A stretch of 62,510 nucleotides of DNA, filler included, from Sphacelaria rigidula (GCA_964200075.2; 10 parts of 10 records of this genome joined end to end with filler, not necessarily neighbours in it); one strand, 5' to 3'; positions 49,701 through 62,510 are shown, numbered from the whole stretch's first letter. Translations and numbers: made by a program. The notes: a model not told the origin generated them from the sequence alone.

Positions 49701-51516
49701 TGAGGAAAAAAAAAAAAGTACGACCGAAATGGAAGTTTGTGGTGTTGCCAGATAATGTCGCCTAGCTACCTACCTACCTAGCCATATATTCCGCTCGCGT
49801 GCGGTAGTCGTTAGTGCACATGCATGAAATTGTTCGTGTGTTCGAGGAGAAACTCCCGAGCCCTCTAAATCCATGGTTGCGGACATATAGTACTGAACGC
49901 TCTTGTTTCGAATATTAACCCTTTTGGGACTGGGCCTCCAGAACGACCAACGAGGCTGGTAAAGAATGGCGTGTCCTGCATATACATGNNNNNNNNNNNN
50001 NNNNNNNNNNNNNNNNNNNNNNNNNNNNNNNNTTAATTAATTAANNNNNNNNNNNNNNNNNNNNNNNNNNNNNNNNNNNNNNNNNNNNGGGAAAGCACTG
50101 TTTTAGGCTTGAACCTCATCTCAAAGTTAAACCTCAATTCGCACAATTTGTTGTTTTATGGTGCTCCAAGAACGAAACAGCAACAGCATCCGTGCTTTCG
50201 CGCTGGGAGATTATGATATTGGCGAAATAAATTTGTTTGGCTGATTCTCGACCAGACCCTCGAGGAAGTTTTCTTTCTTCTGACGCAAAAATCAAGCCGA
50301 TTTCTTGACCAGATTCCACACGTTCGTTGAGGGAACGAGCGGTATATTTCGTTACCGAACGTCCGAATATGTTGGTGTCATCATCGTGGCTGGTGAAATG
50401 TCTCCGAGAGGGGTCGAACACTGAGCAACTGTCAAAACTCGAACCGAGTCCAGCATCCCAATGTTGACTGCAAAAACTCAAGAAGCCCCTGGGTTGTTGG
50501 AATACCTCAAATCGGCATCTCATCGAGCGACATATCCAGGCTACAACGGCACCCGACCAGACAGATGCGACTCAATCGCCGCCGTGTGGCGCCCTCTGCA
50601 CAAAGAAGCGTGTACACATTCGCATGCTGTTCCGCATCGCCCACATGCTACCATGGGCGGCAGAGCTCGATCAAGTCTCATGGGAAGGCGGGACGGCACG
50701 GTACCAACATCAGGAGCGGTCGTGCAGAACTTTCACCGTTCAAGCGAGGGTACGAGACCGCACGTCGAGTAGAGAGGACTTGAAGGTGTCTGAGGCGTGA
50801 ACAAGCCTAAGTATGAACAAGCTGAGGTATTGACCTTGAAGCCAAAAGTCAGCGTTGTCTGAACCCCGCACAACACTGCTGTGCTGTCCTGTACGGTACT
50901 GCCTGGTTATGTTGGCAACGCGCTACACTATATGTTGTGCTGTTCTCTACTACAGCCAGTACATATCCTCACTGTATTTGTACTGACTGTAGTACTGCAC
51001 GCGCGTTTTCAACTGGCGACAGGGTACCCGTCGTTCGCTTAAAGGCAACCACAGAAATATGGAGGCATCTAGCAAAACAAAAGTTCAGGTATTTCGCAGA
51101 CGTCATTTATGTGCAATTCGCGAATATAATTAGCGTTACTGTTGGTCGAAAAAGTTTTGAACAAATTTGTTTCGCAAACGCTTTTTTTGTTATCCCTATT
51201 TCCTTTTTCATCAACTACATCCAGTAGATGCAGCAGGGGATTCTCGAGCTCAATGCTTCCAAATTCAACATCCACAACGACGCCGAAAACAGAAATGGGA
51301 ACGAACTTACTCTTCCATTCTCCACGCCTCCCGAGCAGAAGTAATGGGTACTTACATCACGCGAACGACACGCGAAAGCCGCACATTCGGCGACGCGGAC
51401 CAGCGTTCAAGTTTAGCGCCAGAAACTCAGCGACAACAAACACGATACGTCAAATAAAAGACCAAAAAAGGTGACCGAAAAAAAAAGAAAAGTGTCTTTG
51501 TACAGAATATTGACTG

Positions 51517-54483
51517 TCATCGCGAGTCCTTTACTTGGTGCTGCACGACTCTGTCATGGTGCAGCAATAAATCATTTTCCCTATCGCCAACTAAACAATC
51601 ATTGGGAGCACTACCACCACCACCACCACCACTACCACTACTACTAACACCAACACTACCGTCAACCCCCACCCTCCTTTTCATTGGGCCGCCTGGAAAA
51701 ATGCAGTCTGCCTTGGCAAACTCCTCGCAACCTTTCGGCGTAAACCACACGAGCGAAAATCGCTCGCCTCTAAAGGGCCTTGTCCAGTGGCGTTTTGTCC
51801 AGCCGTTAAACTCCCGCGGGCGGTACCGGATGTCCATTTCTTCTCCCTCCACAACCAACTGCCCCCCAACATAGTTACCCAGGCCCACAATCAAGCTGAG
51901 GCTCTGCCCCGCTCCCGTCCCGCTGTCGATATGCGGTCGGAATTGCGCGTGACGATTTATCGCGATTGTTGTCGAAGCGGGCCGGTTGGGGAGAAGCATG
52001 GACTCTAGTTCGAACGCGGCGCGTGTTAGCTCTGGGAAAAGGGTATTACCGCGCGGCGGGGGGCAAGGGGGGGGGAAAGATCCTACCGTGAAGGAGCCGC
52101 CGTGGGGTGCCGGTGCTGGCGGCGATGACTGTTGTTGTTGTTGTTGTTGTTGTTGTTGGTGGTGGTGGTATAAACCGCTACCATCATTGTCACCAACACC
52201 GTCATTGCTTCCTCCCTCGATCTTGTCCTCTTCCCGCTCCTGCTCACCAGACCCGTCACTTGATGTATCACAACCATCGTCACCCATTTCCGAGTCATAT
52301 TGCTCTTCGCCTTTGTTATGACCATCAGGTGCGCCATCAATAGTGCGCCTTTCGGACAGCAATAAGGCCTTCTTCAAGTAGCTCTTAGCCGAGGGAGCCT
52401 TCTTCTTCACCGCGCCGCCGAAAATGACAGAATCACGCGCCGGTGTGCTCGCCGGCCACAACCCAGACGCGTCCGCCTCTCTCAGGAGCCGCAAAACCTC
52501 CGCGTACAACGGTGGCGCAGTCGACAGGGATTGCTCCTCCAACGCTGACAATGGTTTCCGGACGATACCCGCAGAATTAGTATCCTGATCGTCGCCATCG
52601 GCTGCTGCTGCACTCGCTCTCTCATTCGCGGCGGCTAGCTCCGTTCGAAGCCTTGCAGCTCCGGGTTGAAGGACATCGTGCAGCCAACTAGCGCCAAGGT
52701 TTTTCTGTGTTTGCCACCACCTCGCGGCACTCTCTTGTACAGTCTGCCGAAACATCGACCCGGCCGCGCGCGTCTGGCTATCGCTCCATCCATCCAAGGG
52801 GTGCGCCAACCGCTTCGCCGCCGCCGGGGACATACAAACGCCGCCCAGCTTCGTCTGCCAGGTGGAATAGCTCACCTCGGCTAGCCAGCACGGCGGCAGG
52901 GGCGCAAGCGGCACGGGAAATATGTCCTCTTGTCTTGTGGGATCGATGCATGCAGAAATGTCTTGGGCATCGATCAGACCCCTCGCGGCCGCCACAGCGA
53001 GAGCGACCATGCCCCGCACCTGCCGGTCCACAAACGCATCGCCAGATATGGAAAGACAGACGTAATCCACATCGCGTATTGTCGCGGTAGAGTGAGAGTA
53101 GAACCGGTACAGACGACGGGACGCGGAGGGGCTGCGCGGCAGAGCTGAAGCGCTGAAGTTATGCCATAGTGGGCACCGCCGGCGCCTACGACCGCCGTCA
53201 AGACGCACGTTGCAACTCCCAAACGGTCGAAACGAAAGCGTCCTAACGCCCCTTAGCAAGGGTATCAGGGTCGTTTCTCCTCGGGCACCTCCTCCCCACG
53301 GACCCTCTGCAGTTCTATCGAATAGCCACGCGGGAATCAGGTACTCGTATCTTCGACGGGTGGCGTGGGCTTCCGCGTGTAGTTCCTTGGGAACCGGCAT
53401 TCGACCTAGGACTCTTACGCCGGAGCTGGCGAGGGCTGCGTTGGTCTCTTCGAGCCACGCTCGGATGTTGGAGGTGGGAACCGTGGTTGGTGCTTTGAGG
53501 CACATGGTGTCCGCCCTGTTATGTTACATATTTGCGATGTTAAAGCGAGTTGTTAGCCGGGTATTTTTCACTCGTAGCTCGGTGCGACTGTGTATCCCTG
53601 TATCACAAACGCGTAATCTAATATGAGCCCGTAGGACATGGGTCAGCGTGGTGCGCGTTGGAAATCAAAGATGCAAAGAATCACGCCAAGTGTTTTCCGT
53701 GGCGTCGTACCGAGGGATGCATTCAATTTCGGACAGAACAACCACTTTGCCTAGTGAGATGCAATTTTTCATCACGTCATTCAACAGGAATTCATACGAA
53801 GGAAACAGCCTCTCATGAAGAGGCGTTCACACCAAGTGCTTCGAATCACGCATACCAAATCGGACAGAGTAGAAGGCCACCTAGAAGGCCACGGATTCAA
53901 AAATGCAAGGTACATTTAAGCATACACATTGCGCTTACGTTGCACTGACGCCCGGTTCCTGCACCAGTACCGGGCACCGCCTTGACCCCACTGACGATGC
54001 CTGGCTAAACCCGACAGGCTTCGCGCCTGCCCCCGTGACTCCCGCAGTACGCTCCTCGAATCCCCTGACGCCCATCGCCCCCAGTATGCGCTCTCCTGCG
54101 CTATCGCTATCAGCCACGAGGAGAGAATAAGTATCGTCGTCATTTCTCGTTTCTTCTCCCGGAATGGCGTTAGGAAGGCAACAATCGTAGCCAAACAGAA
54201 GCATCACTTTCTCGCCGGGGTCTAGGCGAGGCGCGGAACAGCCGTCGGCTTGCCCACGTAAGTGGCGAAAAAGAGCACTCCTGCTCGCAAAAGTTTCTCC
54301 GCAGAAGGTGCAGCACGTTCTGACGGGGTCACGGACAGCAGCAGTAGCATCAGTTTTGGATGCTGCGGGTGGGGAACATGGCAGCAGTACTTCCGGTGTC
54401 GTTTCTGTGCTATATGTGTCCATGGTACTGGCCTTGTCGTTGGTTCCCATTATGGTTCGACGTGGAGGTACACGACTTGCCAA
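51517..54483 (-). CDS. C2H2 zinc finger + TruA/Pus1-like pseudouridine synthase fold + C-terminal 2OG-Fe(II) dioxygenase; exons (5' end uncertain, ~54483)-53939 and 53515-51517
   Basis: Phase-2 intron AC|gtaagc...aacag|G joins GVSAT-ADTMCLK. CTFCGETFASRSALFRHLR; PUS motifs KVMLLFGY, RRRYEYLIP, WHNFS, GDAFVDRQVRGMV, PLAP; dioxygenase motifs RPHIDSG, LGNYVGGQL, RHWT, GERFSLVWF. Confidence 0.85.
52127..52169 (-). repeat. (CAC)n(CAA)n coding microsatellite (poly-His/poly-Gln)
   Basis: Encodes HHHQQQQQQQQQQ in the linker between the PUS-like and dioxygenase domains. Confidence 0.9.
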
Positions 54484-56968
54484 TGTGTAACGTGGCAGCG
54501 CAATGTACGGGCTCTGCGGGGTGACTCGCTTTACGAAAAGCGCCTCACTGTACAGTTTCCACCAACTTATACTCTTGTGCAGCGACAGCGTTCACGCACG
54601 GCAGATCAAGTGTCACAAAAAATTAAAACCACAAATATCCAGCTTGGCTGCTTCCACCCGTCGTGTACATCAGTCGCAACTGTCCTTCCCCTAGCTGTCC
54701 GTTTGTGATCCTCCGCAGCGGGTAGTCTGGGGACCCTGGCGTGACCGAAAGCAAGGTTTGCCTGTGCTACTGCGTCTGCACTCCAACCGACGGTCCCCCA
54801 GACCGCGTAGATGCTGGAGTCGGGGATGAAAGCTGGGGGAGGGGATAAAGTAGGTCTTGTGTGATCACCACAGTATGGGTCGGTCGTTTGTGTTCGTAGT
54901 CAGTCTTGTACTGATTCCCTTCCCTCTGCCATGTACATTACCATGATATTGCTTCAAATGACCATAGGTTTTGAGGAAATATTGGATAATGATTTCAAGA
55001 TATGGCGTACAGTTGATTACACCTCTCTCGCGAAGCAGCGTTCGGGGACAAAACAAGTGGAGAGCGTTTCGATCCTGCCCCGATGCACAGGGTGTTGGCT
55101 CCACGACCAGAACTGAAAGGATAAACATAAGAAATTTTTATTCGCCATCATCATCGACGTCGTCAAGTGTTCATGTACTCGTGATCCAAACAGGACAGAC
55201 ATAGCTTGGAGGGGAGATACCTTTATCCGCTGAGGGGAATACCATGGCATCCGGTAGCAACGGCCATGGAGGGTCGGGCATGACCTACAGCTGGGCAGAC
55301 GTGGAAGTGCCTGAGGTAAACAAAGCAGTACTGACGGCTTTACAACTTGAGTAGCAAGAAATTATCGTGGGCAAAATGTAGTAGTTCTGGGAGAGAGTAA
55401 ATTGCGGTTGGCCCGTTAAACATACAACCACGGCATGTTCTTAGAACAAGAATTTGGACGTCGGAAATGGCTGTTATTGTACTGGCAGAAGTGTTGTCTG
55501 AGGCGGCGATACTAGATACACCCTGATGCTGGTGTGCGTTGTTTACATATGATGTGTACTCAAGTCCACGAAACACCAGCAGGTGCTTACCGCTGGCCTT
55601 CATCGTGGCAGACTGAAACACACACACACACTCAGACACACACAGGTGTGAGACTAAGCTCCTCATGTTGTGAGATCAAGCTCCCCGTTATGTGGGGCAA
55701 GCTCCCTTATTGTTCCGTGTTCAATGCACCGGTGTCTACGTTACTCGACACAACAGCTCAGTATACACAAGGGCGCCGTGTGTGAGTGACGACGTGGGTC
55801 ACGTATCGACGGGTCTTCAGCTGCATGCTGATGATACGCAGCTTGCGGTAAATATTCAAATGTTGCTGGTACTGCATTCACTTTGCAAATCCACGTCCAA
55901 ACGATAACCGCACGATCTGTGGTATACGGTGATGTGGTACGCAGAGAGTTGAACGAAACGCGGCAGGGTGGGGAAAATACGAGCGCGGGTCCAACCGCAA
56001 CCCAAGGCAAATAGAGAACCGGTGTGTATGAACGTTTCCGATAATGGATGCCCCAGCCAGAGTCTGCGCTGCTGGAACTCAAATCGGTGGAGTGCGAACG
56101 CGTGCAGCGAGCGATAGCAAGCACTGTCAGCCCCCTAAAGATCCGAATGTTGATTTCCAAACAAATTTCATGGCGACAGTTTGTTCAAGGCTCGAGAATT
56201 ATGGATTTTTTAAAGGGCACAATCAAGACTTGAGAAAAATCAAAACCACNNNNNNNNNNNNNNNNNNNNNNNNNNNNNNNNNNNNNNNNNNNNTTAATTA
56301 ATTAANNNNNNNNNNNNNNNNNNNNNNNNNNNNNNNNNNNNNNNNNNNNCCCCCGGGTTTTCTTGTCCTCAAGCGAGGGTTTCCGTTTTGGTCCCTTTCG
56401 CACGTCTATCTTCTGGATAATGACTACGCCTAGACCCCCTGGAGTCAGTTAATGTCCGACGATCACTCGATAAAGATAATCAGCATGGGACCAAGAGACG
56501 AACCCTTGGAAGAAAACATCGTCCTTCCTCCTTGACTTGTTCACCTGCACGCCAATGTTCCCGCTGTTGTAACCAATTTCAACATATGTTAAGGAACCTC
56601 AAGGGTTTTCCAGGCCACATCGGATTGGTTTTGTTTTCGGAAATTTGCTGGCCTTTCTCAGCTCACACCCAGCGTGTCGCCAGTCAGCACAGGAGTTGGA
56701 AGAAAGGGTTTGGTAACCTTTCCGAAACAAAAAGTTTAGATTTGTGAGCAGACCTCACTTCTTCTCCAGAATATGTTCATTTTCAGATCAATGTTCAAGT
56801 TTTCGATTTGTCCAGGTCGATCTCAGACCATCACACGTTCACCCGTGATTTGGAACTGGAAGGGATACATGATTAAGTAGGACCGAAAGAGTTGAAAGTC
56901 TTGGAAGGAAAATCTACCGTTAGAAAAAGACTGAGCAAAGCACAAGCGTGAAATGACTTTATATTTAC

Positions 56969-59900
56969 CCGGAGTTTCTCCCGCTCGACGCGGGCAACCT
57001 GTTCAGCGTTCTCCGCCAGCGCCTGCATGATCTCCTCCTTACGCCGTTTCAGTTCCGTCTGTATTCGAACGCAAAACACAAAATTGGAAGCACGGGAACG
57101 TCCGTCGTAACCGGGCTGCTAGTGATGACCACCTACCACAATGTCCTGCATGGGTTGCCAGTCAGAGGTTTGACAGTTAGTTCGTCATGCTAGCGAGGAG
57201 TGATATGTGTGAAGCGGCAGGTATAGTTGAGGATCGGCAACGCCTCGTCGAGAGTCGCGCCACCGTGCCATGGATCCACTTATCTTCGGGAACATGCTTA
57301 ATGTACATCTTGTGTGCTGGGCGTATGTGGAGCTGGGCTCTAAAACACTGCACTATGAAGAAACCCTCGGAAACAACATGTGCAGATTCACTTCCACTTT
57401 TCGCATACATAAATTGATTGATTGATTGATTGATTGATTGTCGCACTTGAACTGACCCCCCAGGGGCCCAGCCGGGGTCTCATGATAGACGTACTCAAGA
57501 AAAACGGAATTCAAACACGCTCTGAGGAAAAAAAAAAAGAACAGAAAACAATAGGAACAGAAAAAAAGAGAGAAAGAGGGGTCGAACAGAACGACAAAGC
57601 AGACTAAGTCGTGACAAAAAAAAAAAATCAACACACAAAGTGTTTTATTTTCAGACTAAGACTAAGTGTTTTCCCTCTCAAGAATCGCCGAGTTTGATTT
57701 TTCACCTGTTTTGCAATCCTCGCGGATTGTCGCACACCCCACAACTCGGCAGCGTCCAGCGCCTGTGTCAGTGTGTGTGCTCTCTCCACCAGTCTGTGGA
57801 GGGAACCCGAGAGTGGATCAACGACTCGTGTTCATGATATAAACCAGCTGCGCGGATCACGAGAGCGGTCTGGAGCGTGCCAATTATCTGCAAGAAAATC
57901 TACGCGAACGGGTCATGATCTAATCTGTTTGATATGCGGAAAGCTGTCCGACAATCGAACACCAGAACGTGTGTCAGTAGGATGGTTTCACCGCCAATAT
58001 CCACGGACGCAATGAATCTCGGACATCATTTTTCAACAAGAGGGTTGTGAGGCAACGTTTCCCCCCGAGATTATAGATTTTGAGACACATGCACACCTCG
58101 GGCTCTTCCTGCGTACCTGGAGAATAGAAAATAACATAATCGTATGCGTTGTACAAAACGCAAAAAAATGCTCCACCCTCAGGTCTGTCACTGCTCACCG
58201 GGTGCATCCCAATCGACACAAGTGCTTATACAAGAGGAGAACGTCCTGCAAGGACGGCGCACGCGTCCCACGGCCATCCTCCGCAAGAGCACGGTAACAG
58301 CGTTCTTGCACAGCCTCCCATTGTCGATTACACTGTATATCACCCCCGCCAGGTCGTGATGCATCATCTCTCACTGCAAGGCCGCACGGTGGTAAACGCA
58401 TGACCGTAGGAAAATGTATGGGGAGCGGGTGGTTATTCCACTTGTTCAATCTCATCAAAAGATACACGATGCATATATCTAGACAGATGGAGCGGAGACA
58501 AGATGAAAACAGAAAAAAAATGTTAGCACGAAAGATTAGAAAAAGGGCAAGACCGAGCCGGAGGGTGAAACACAGAACAAATCGAATACAGATCGATAGA
58601 GCTAAGACCTAGATCTCCCCGGAAAAATAGTGCGGATTCCGGCGCCAACGAGCTACCTCCGACATGGTGATCATGGTGCGCCGACTACCGAAGGTGGGAC
58701 GGGCGAGCAATATCCCACTATAGAATTATGTTCTGTCGACCTGCGAAAGATGCACGACTCCGCAGACCGAACGCCCACGTGGGAAGTACTTGCCTTCGCC
58801 GGAGCACCGCCGCCGATGATCAAGGTTATCTGTATGTTTTACGATGGCATGCGAGCTCAGATACCGCAGGATGATGTCGAAGTATTACGAGTAATGCTAC
58901 GGTAGGGGTGCACAAATATTTTCTGAGGTCAGCGTTGTTAGGAGCCCTTCATCTCGTCCAAAACAGGACTCATGAAGTAAGTGAGAGTATGCCAGGATGA
59001 TTATCCCAATGTACTAGGGATATCCCGAATGAATTTGCAAACGGGGATGCCCTGACCCATATTCTTGTGCATGTACAACCGTTAGGGGCCCCTGAACCAG
59101 ACAAGATTTCGCGCGCAAAAAGTGCACCCCTACCGTAGCACTGCTGTTACAGTGGTTTCACATGTGCCGGGGACCTAGGAAAGGAAGCACGATGCATATC
59201 ATCCCCGCTGATCGATGCGATCGTGCGAAGTGTCGCGGCAGACCCGGCCGTCGTCATTGACTTCGTAAACCTAGGTGGTACGTCAATCAGTTACCGGATG
59301 AAGGAGATGAGGGTGCCGCGCGCGGTATGGGGTTTGCTGCACGCGGATGGTCTCGGGATACCCTAGAGGTCCCCCGACGGAGTTGCTGAGATGATGAGTG
59401 TGGTGGTCATGAAGGTGGTGGTGGTGTGCCGGGAGTTCGGATCAGCGCTATCCGAGAGCAAGACAGAGTCCATGCGCCAGTGATCAACCCCTTGTTCCCT
59501 AGAGGCCGGACCGCATCAAGGCGGCAAGTCAATGGTATAAACAGACTGCGAAGGGTATCCGCCTTTGGTGGTGTTGTCAATGTAGGCGCAAATATTTTCG
59601 ACGAAGTGGAGGGTCGTGTCATCGCTGCATGGGCACACCTCCGAATAAATATTTCCGGGCTCTACGATCAGCCGAAGGCCCGGTTTGCTCTAAGGATCCG
59701 GCTGCTTCAAGCGGAGGTGGAAAGAGCTATGCTGTACGGGTGTGCTCACAGAGGTTGCATCCATGTAGCTTCGGAAACCTGCACACTGCCCACCACAAGC
59801 TTTTCCTGCTTGAACGTTGGGTTCCGCAGGGAGGATCGCAGTGGTCACAAGACTCCCTCGTACGGAGATATGCCTGACATGACCCCGCAAGCGCCAACGT

Positions 59901-62243
59901 TTGCTTGTAAAGGCCCTTGTCCGATGGGACGAGACACGTCTTCCGAAGCGCACCGGGGCCCGTCCTACGGTGTGCCTCGCAAGTGCCTAAAGGAAGCTGG
60001 TCGGCATCCCAAGCACTGGGGGAACCGCCTCCCCGCGAAGCTCCGTGCTTTAGGGGCTACCACGCTTGAGGGAACAACGAAGATAGTAGCTTGTCCGAGG
60101 TGTGGAGGTCCAAGACTCACAAGATTGAGCCATTCCGGACGGAGGGAACGTGAGCAAGTGGTACTTGGGCGTTGAGAAAGGGACGGAGGATTGCGAGGGG
60201 ATGTGGCAACGGAAAGACCTGTGCCAATCCGACCTACGTAACAACAAAGAGGCTGCTGCGCTGAGAGCTGTCAGCACGAGAGCTGCCTCCGCTGGCATTA
60301 CAAGCGCAGCTACAATCCTTGAGGAACTCAACATAAAGGTAGTTGAAAGATTGACCCGTGTTGCTCCTACCTGGGGATAGGTGGTAAAGGCATGGTAGCA
60401 CGGAAACGGATGTCCCCGTGTCTCGTACTATCGGTTGTTGATTTCGTTCCTGGGCTTGAAACCTTAACAATGTCTCCTATTAATAGCGGTGTTTCAGCAC
60501 ATGTATACTCTTCGTTTGCCTTGGCTCGGGGTTTGCTCTCTTTTAATCTTTGTTTTTTCTTTACTTTCCCCTGTTTCCTGTTTATTCTATTCTCTGTGTG
60601 TCTGGTTTCGCACTCTCTCTCTTTTCTTCTTCCTCGTCTTCCCTTATTTGCCCTCTTCCTTCAAGTATTTTTGCTTCTACTCGAAGTCCGTAGATTTTTC
60701 TGTGTTGCTTTTATATGGCTCGTGGGTGAGAGTGCCTGCCTGAATAGTGTGGTCCTTTGATATCTGGGTCGTGTCGTCCTGACATGTCTGAGTCGTGTTC
60801 TTCTACCTAAATGGAATCCTGCTTCCACATCCGTTGTTGCTGTTGCTGTTGTTGTTGTTGCTGTGCCTGTTACTGTGTTCCGGGACCGGTGCTAGATACT
60901 AGCGTGATTTCGCCCCCCGTTCGTTTGTCCGTAGTTCATACTTTCTATTCTCTCTTCTTTCTCCATACTTCTCTCCCCTATATTTTCCTTGACAGCGATT
61001 TTCCCCGATTGTTTACCTCTGGTACTTCCATCTAATTACCGACGCTGGATTTTTCGCCAATCAGTGCACGCGAGGTAATCCTCCAACAACTCAATCAGTC
61101 AGTCGAATCTGGATATTCTTAACTTTACTCTTTCGTAATCTGTTCAGACCCGCTTGTACTAGATCATTTTGCGTGAGTAAATTATTTTTGTGTTGGACCC
61201 GGGGTAACAGAACTCTGTCGCCCTCTCACGGCCGTAACGTTTTTTCCGCGGTGAACATTCGCCTAATCAATAGCCTCAGGCGACCCGTTTTGTCCTACAG
61301 TGGAAACACTTGTCGATAATCCCCGCAGCTCGATCCGGCTTCTGACTACGAGTTACACCCAAACGGCATGGTAACAAGCAGGACCCGTTTTCCCTGAAAG
61401 TAAGTACAAAAGCAAATCAACTCCCACCTTCCGCGAGCAAAAAGGAGACGTCTCCAATACTTATGGCGCACCTTTATTGCCCCCACCGGAACACATCTCC
61501 ACGGCGCGATACACGTCGACACACGAAGGCACCGCAAGAGCCATCCAGCCGTTGAACATTGATTCCGCCTCACCCGCGGCAACGCCCGCCTCGGCTGGAA
61601 ACATGCTCCCCGGAGCAGATGCTGACGCCCCAGCAGTCTCCGTCATCGTAGAAGGCGTGGCAGCATGCTTCACCGCGGCAACCGCACTCTGAAACCGACC
61701 AAACGCTAGCAGTCCCACGAGATTTGCGTGGGTGGACCCTCCCCAAAAATGATTTTTTCCCCCGTCGTTTTGTCTCTTGGAAGAACCTCGCGTATCGCTG
61801 TTGCTTTTGCCTCGATCAGTGTGGGCCGAGGCTGTCGCGAAGTTCCCGCCGTCACGAAAGCCACTCGTAGAATTTCTCGCTTGTCTGAGATGACTTCCTG
61901 CTGTTTCGGATGAAGCAACAGGCGTCCCCGCGCCTACCGTCGCCAGCCGTGTTGACGGTGTGGCTATCGGGGTCATTGTCGATTGCTGTTCGCCGAGATC
62001 TCCCGTAGCTATCTGGCGCAGAGACCGCGTCGACCACGACTCGAAGCGCACAATCGGACACGAGGATATCCCCGGCATGAAGGAGTACGGGTCGCGACTG
62101 AGAGTTGCTGCTTCGTCGTCTGTAAGGCAAAGCACCACGGTGAGGGATCGCCGAATCATGGACGCGATCCTGCGGTACATATAGTCTTCCCCGCCACGGG
62201 TGCGGCATGACCAGCGGAGGTCATGCGATGATGGTGCGGTCAC
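56969..62243 (-). CDS. Internal exons of a divergent dynein heavy chain-like gene (end of AAA4 into stalk coiled coil); exons 62243-61472, 58373-58199, 57793-57706, 57058-56969
   Basis: Four GT-AG exons with matching phases (1, 2, 0). IRRSLTVVLCL...PGISSCPIVRFESWSTRSLRQIA resembles the dynein D4 motif VRxNLHxVLC...FPxLxNCCTIDWFxxWPxxAL, and coiled-coil exons follow. The exon chain is more certain than the family call. Confidence 0.62.
58700..60760 (+). pseudogene. Decayed RTE-like LINE reverse transcriptase in a dynein-like intron
   Basis: VDLRKMHDSADR..WEVLA..G.PP.MIKVI.MFYDGMRA, LLHADG (degenerate YADD), IRLLQAEVERAMLYGCA; many disruptions. Confidence 0.85.
58895..59140. mobile_element. 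~245-bp MITE inserted in the LINE; related end at ~62430-62510
   Basis: Perfect 19-bp inverted ends TGCTACGGTAGGGGTGCAC / GTGCACCCCTACCGTAGCA. Confidence 0.88.
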
Positions 62244-62510
62244 CTGTAGCCGAGGTAGATCGGGGAGAGGAAGTAGAGGGGTCCAGGGAAGAGAGGAGGA
62301 TCGTGGTTTGAACTGTGTTGCTCGAGTAGTTGTACGGGTATTGACGCTGAGAATGGGGGAAATGACACTGAGGAATAGTGGAAACACTGTTTACTCTTTT
62401 TGTGGGACTATTTCATTAAAAAAAAACAAATCTGGTTCAGGGGTGCACTTTTAATTGCTACGGTAGGGGTGCACTTTTTTCGCGAAATTTTGTCTGGTTC
62501 AGGGGCTCCT

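Larger units (their letters stand above)
6162..56349. other. Nine artificial contig linkers (6162-6261, 12423-12522, 18684-18783, 24945-25044, 31206-31305, 37467-37566, 43728-43827, 49989-50088, 56250-56349)
   Basis: Each is N44-TTAATTAATTAA-N44 (stops in all six frames). Period is exactly 6261 bp and every flanking contig is 6161 bp. Confidence 0.98.

Noticed and set aside
54660..55666. Additional 5' exons of the PUS-dioxygenase gene
   Set aside because: Several candidate AG/GT blocks exist, but none could be phased or recognised with confidence.
6206..56305. Regularly spaced TTAATTAATTAA as a biological repeat or CRISPR-like array
   Set aside because: Embedded in N runs with an exact 6261-bp period; it is an assembly linker.
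1..62510. Functional gene cluster (transporters, E3 ligase, RNA enzyme, dynein)
   Set aside because: Each gene lies on a separate, unlinked contig.

Overview
This window is not one continuous locus. It is ten contigs of exactly 6161 bp joined by nine artificial 100-bp linkers (44 N + TTAATTAATTAA + 44 N; 10x6161 + 9x100 = 62510), so adjacency across linkers has no biological meaning. The DNA is eukaryotic, intron-rich (GT-AG) and repeat-rich, and most consistent with a brown alga (Phaeophyceae; inference). Mobile DNA: 5' end of a pogo/Tigger-like transposon, decayed Copia and Gypsy LTR elements, two LINE fragments, two tRNA-derived SINE families, several MITE/foldback elements and long inverted repeats. 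Host gene fragments: RING-H2 protein, SLC35B2/PAPS-transporter-like exon, HPP-family protein, probable ROCO (COR + TM) pseudogene, secreted-protein pseudogene and a divergent dynein heavy chain-like gene. The most interesting gene is a spliced fusion of a C2H2 finger, a TruA/Pus1-like pseudouridine-synthase fold that appears to lack the catalytic motif, and an intact-looking 2OG-Fe(II) dioxygenase domain, a candidate RNA-oxidising enzyme. All family assignments are by visual motif recognition; no searches were run.
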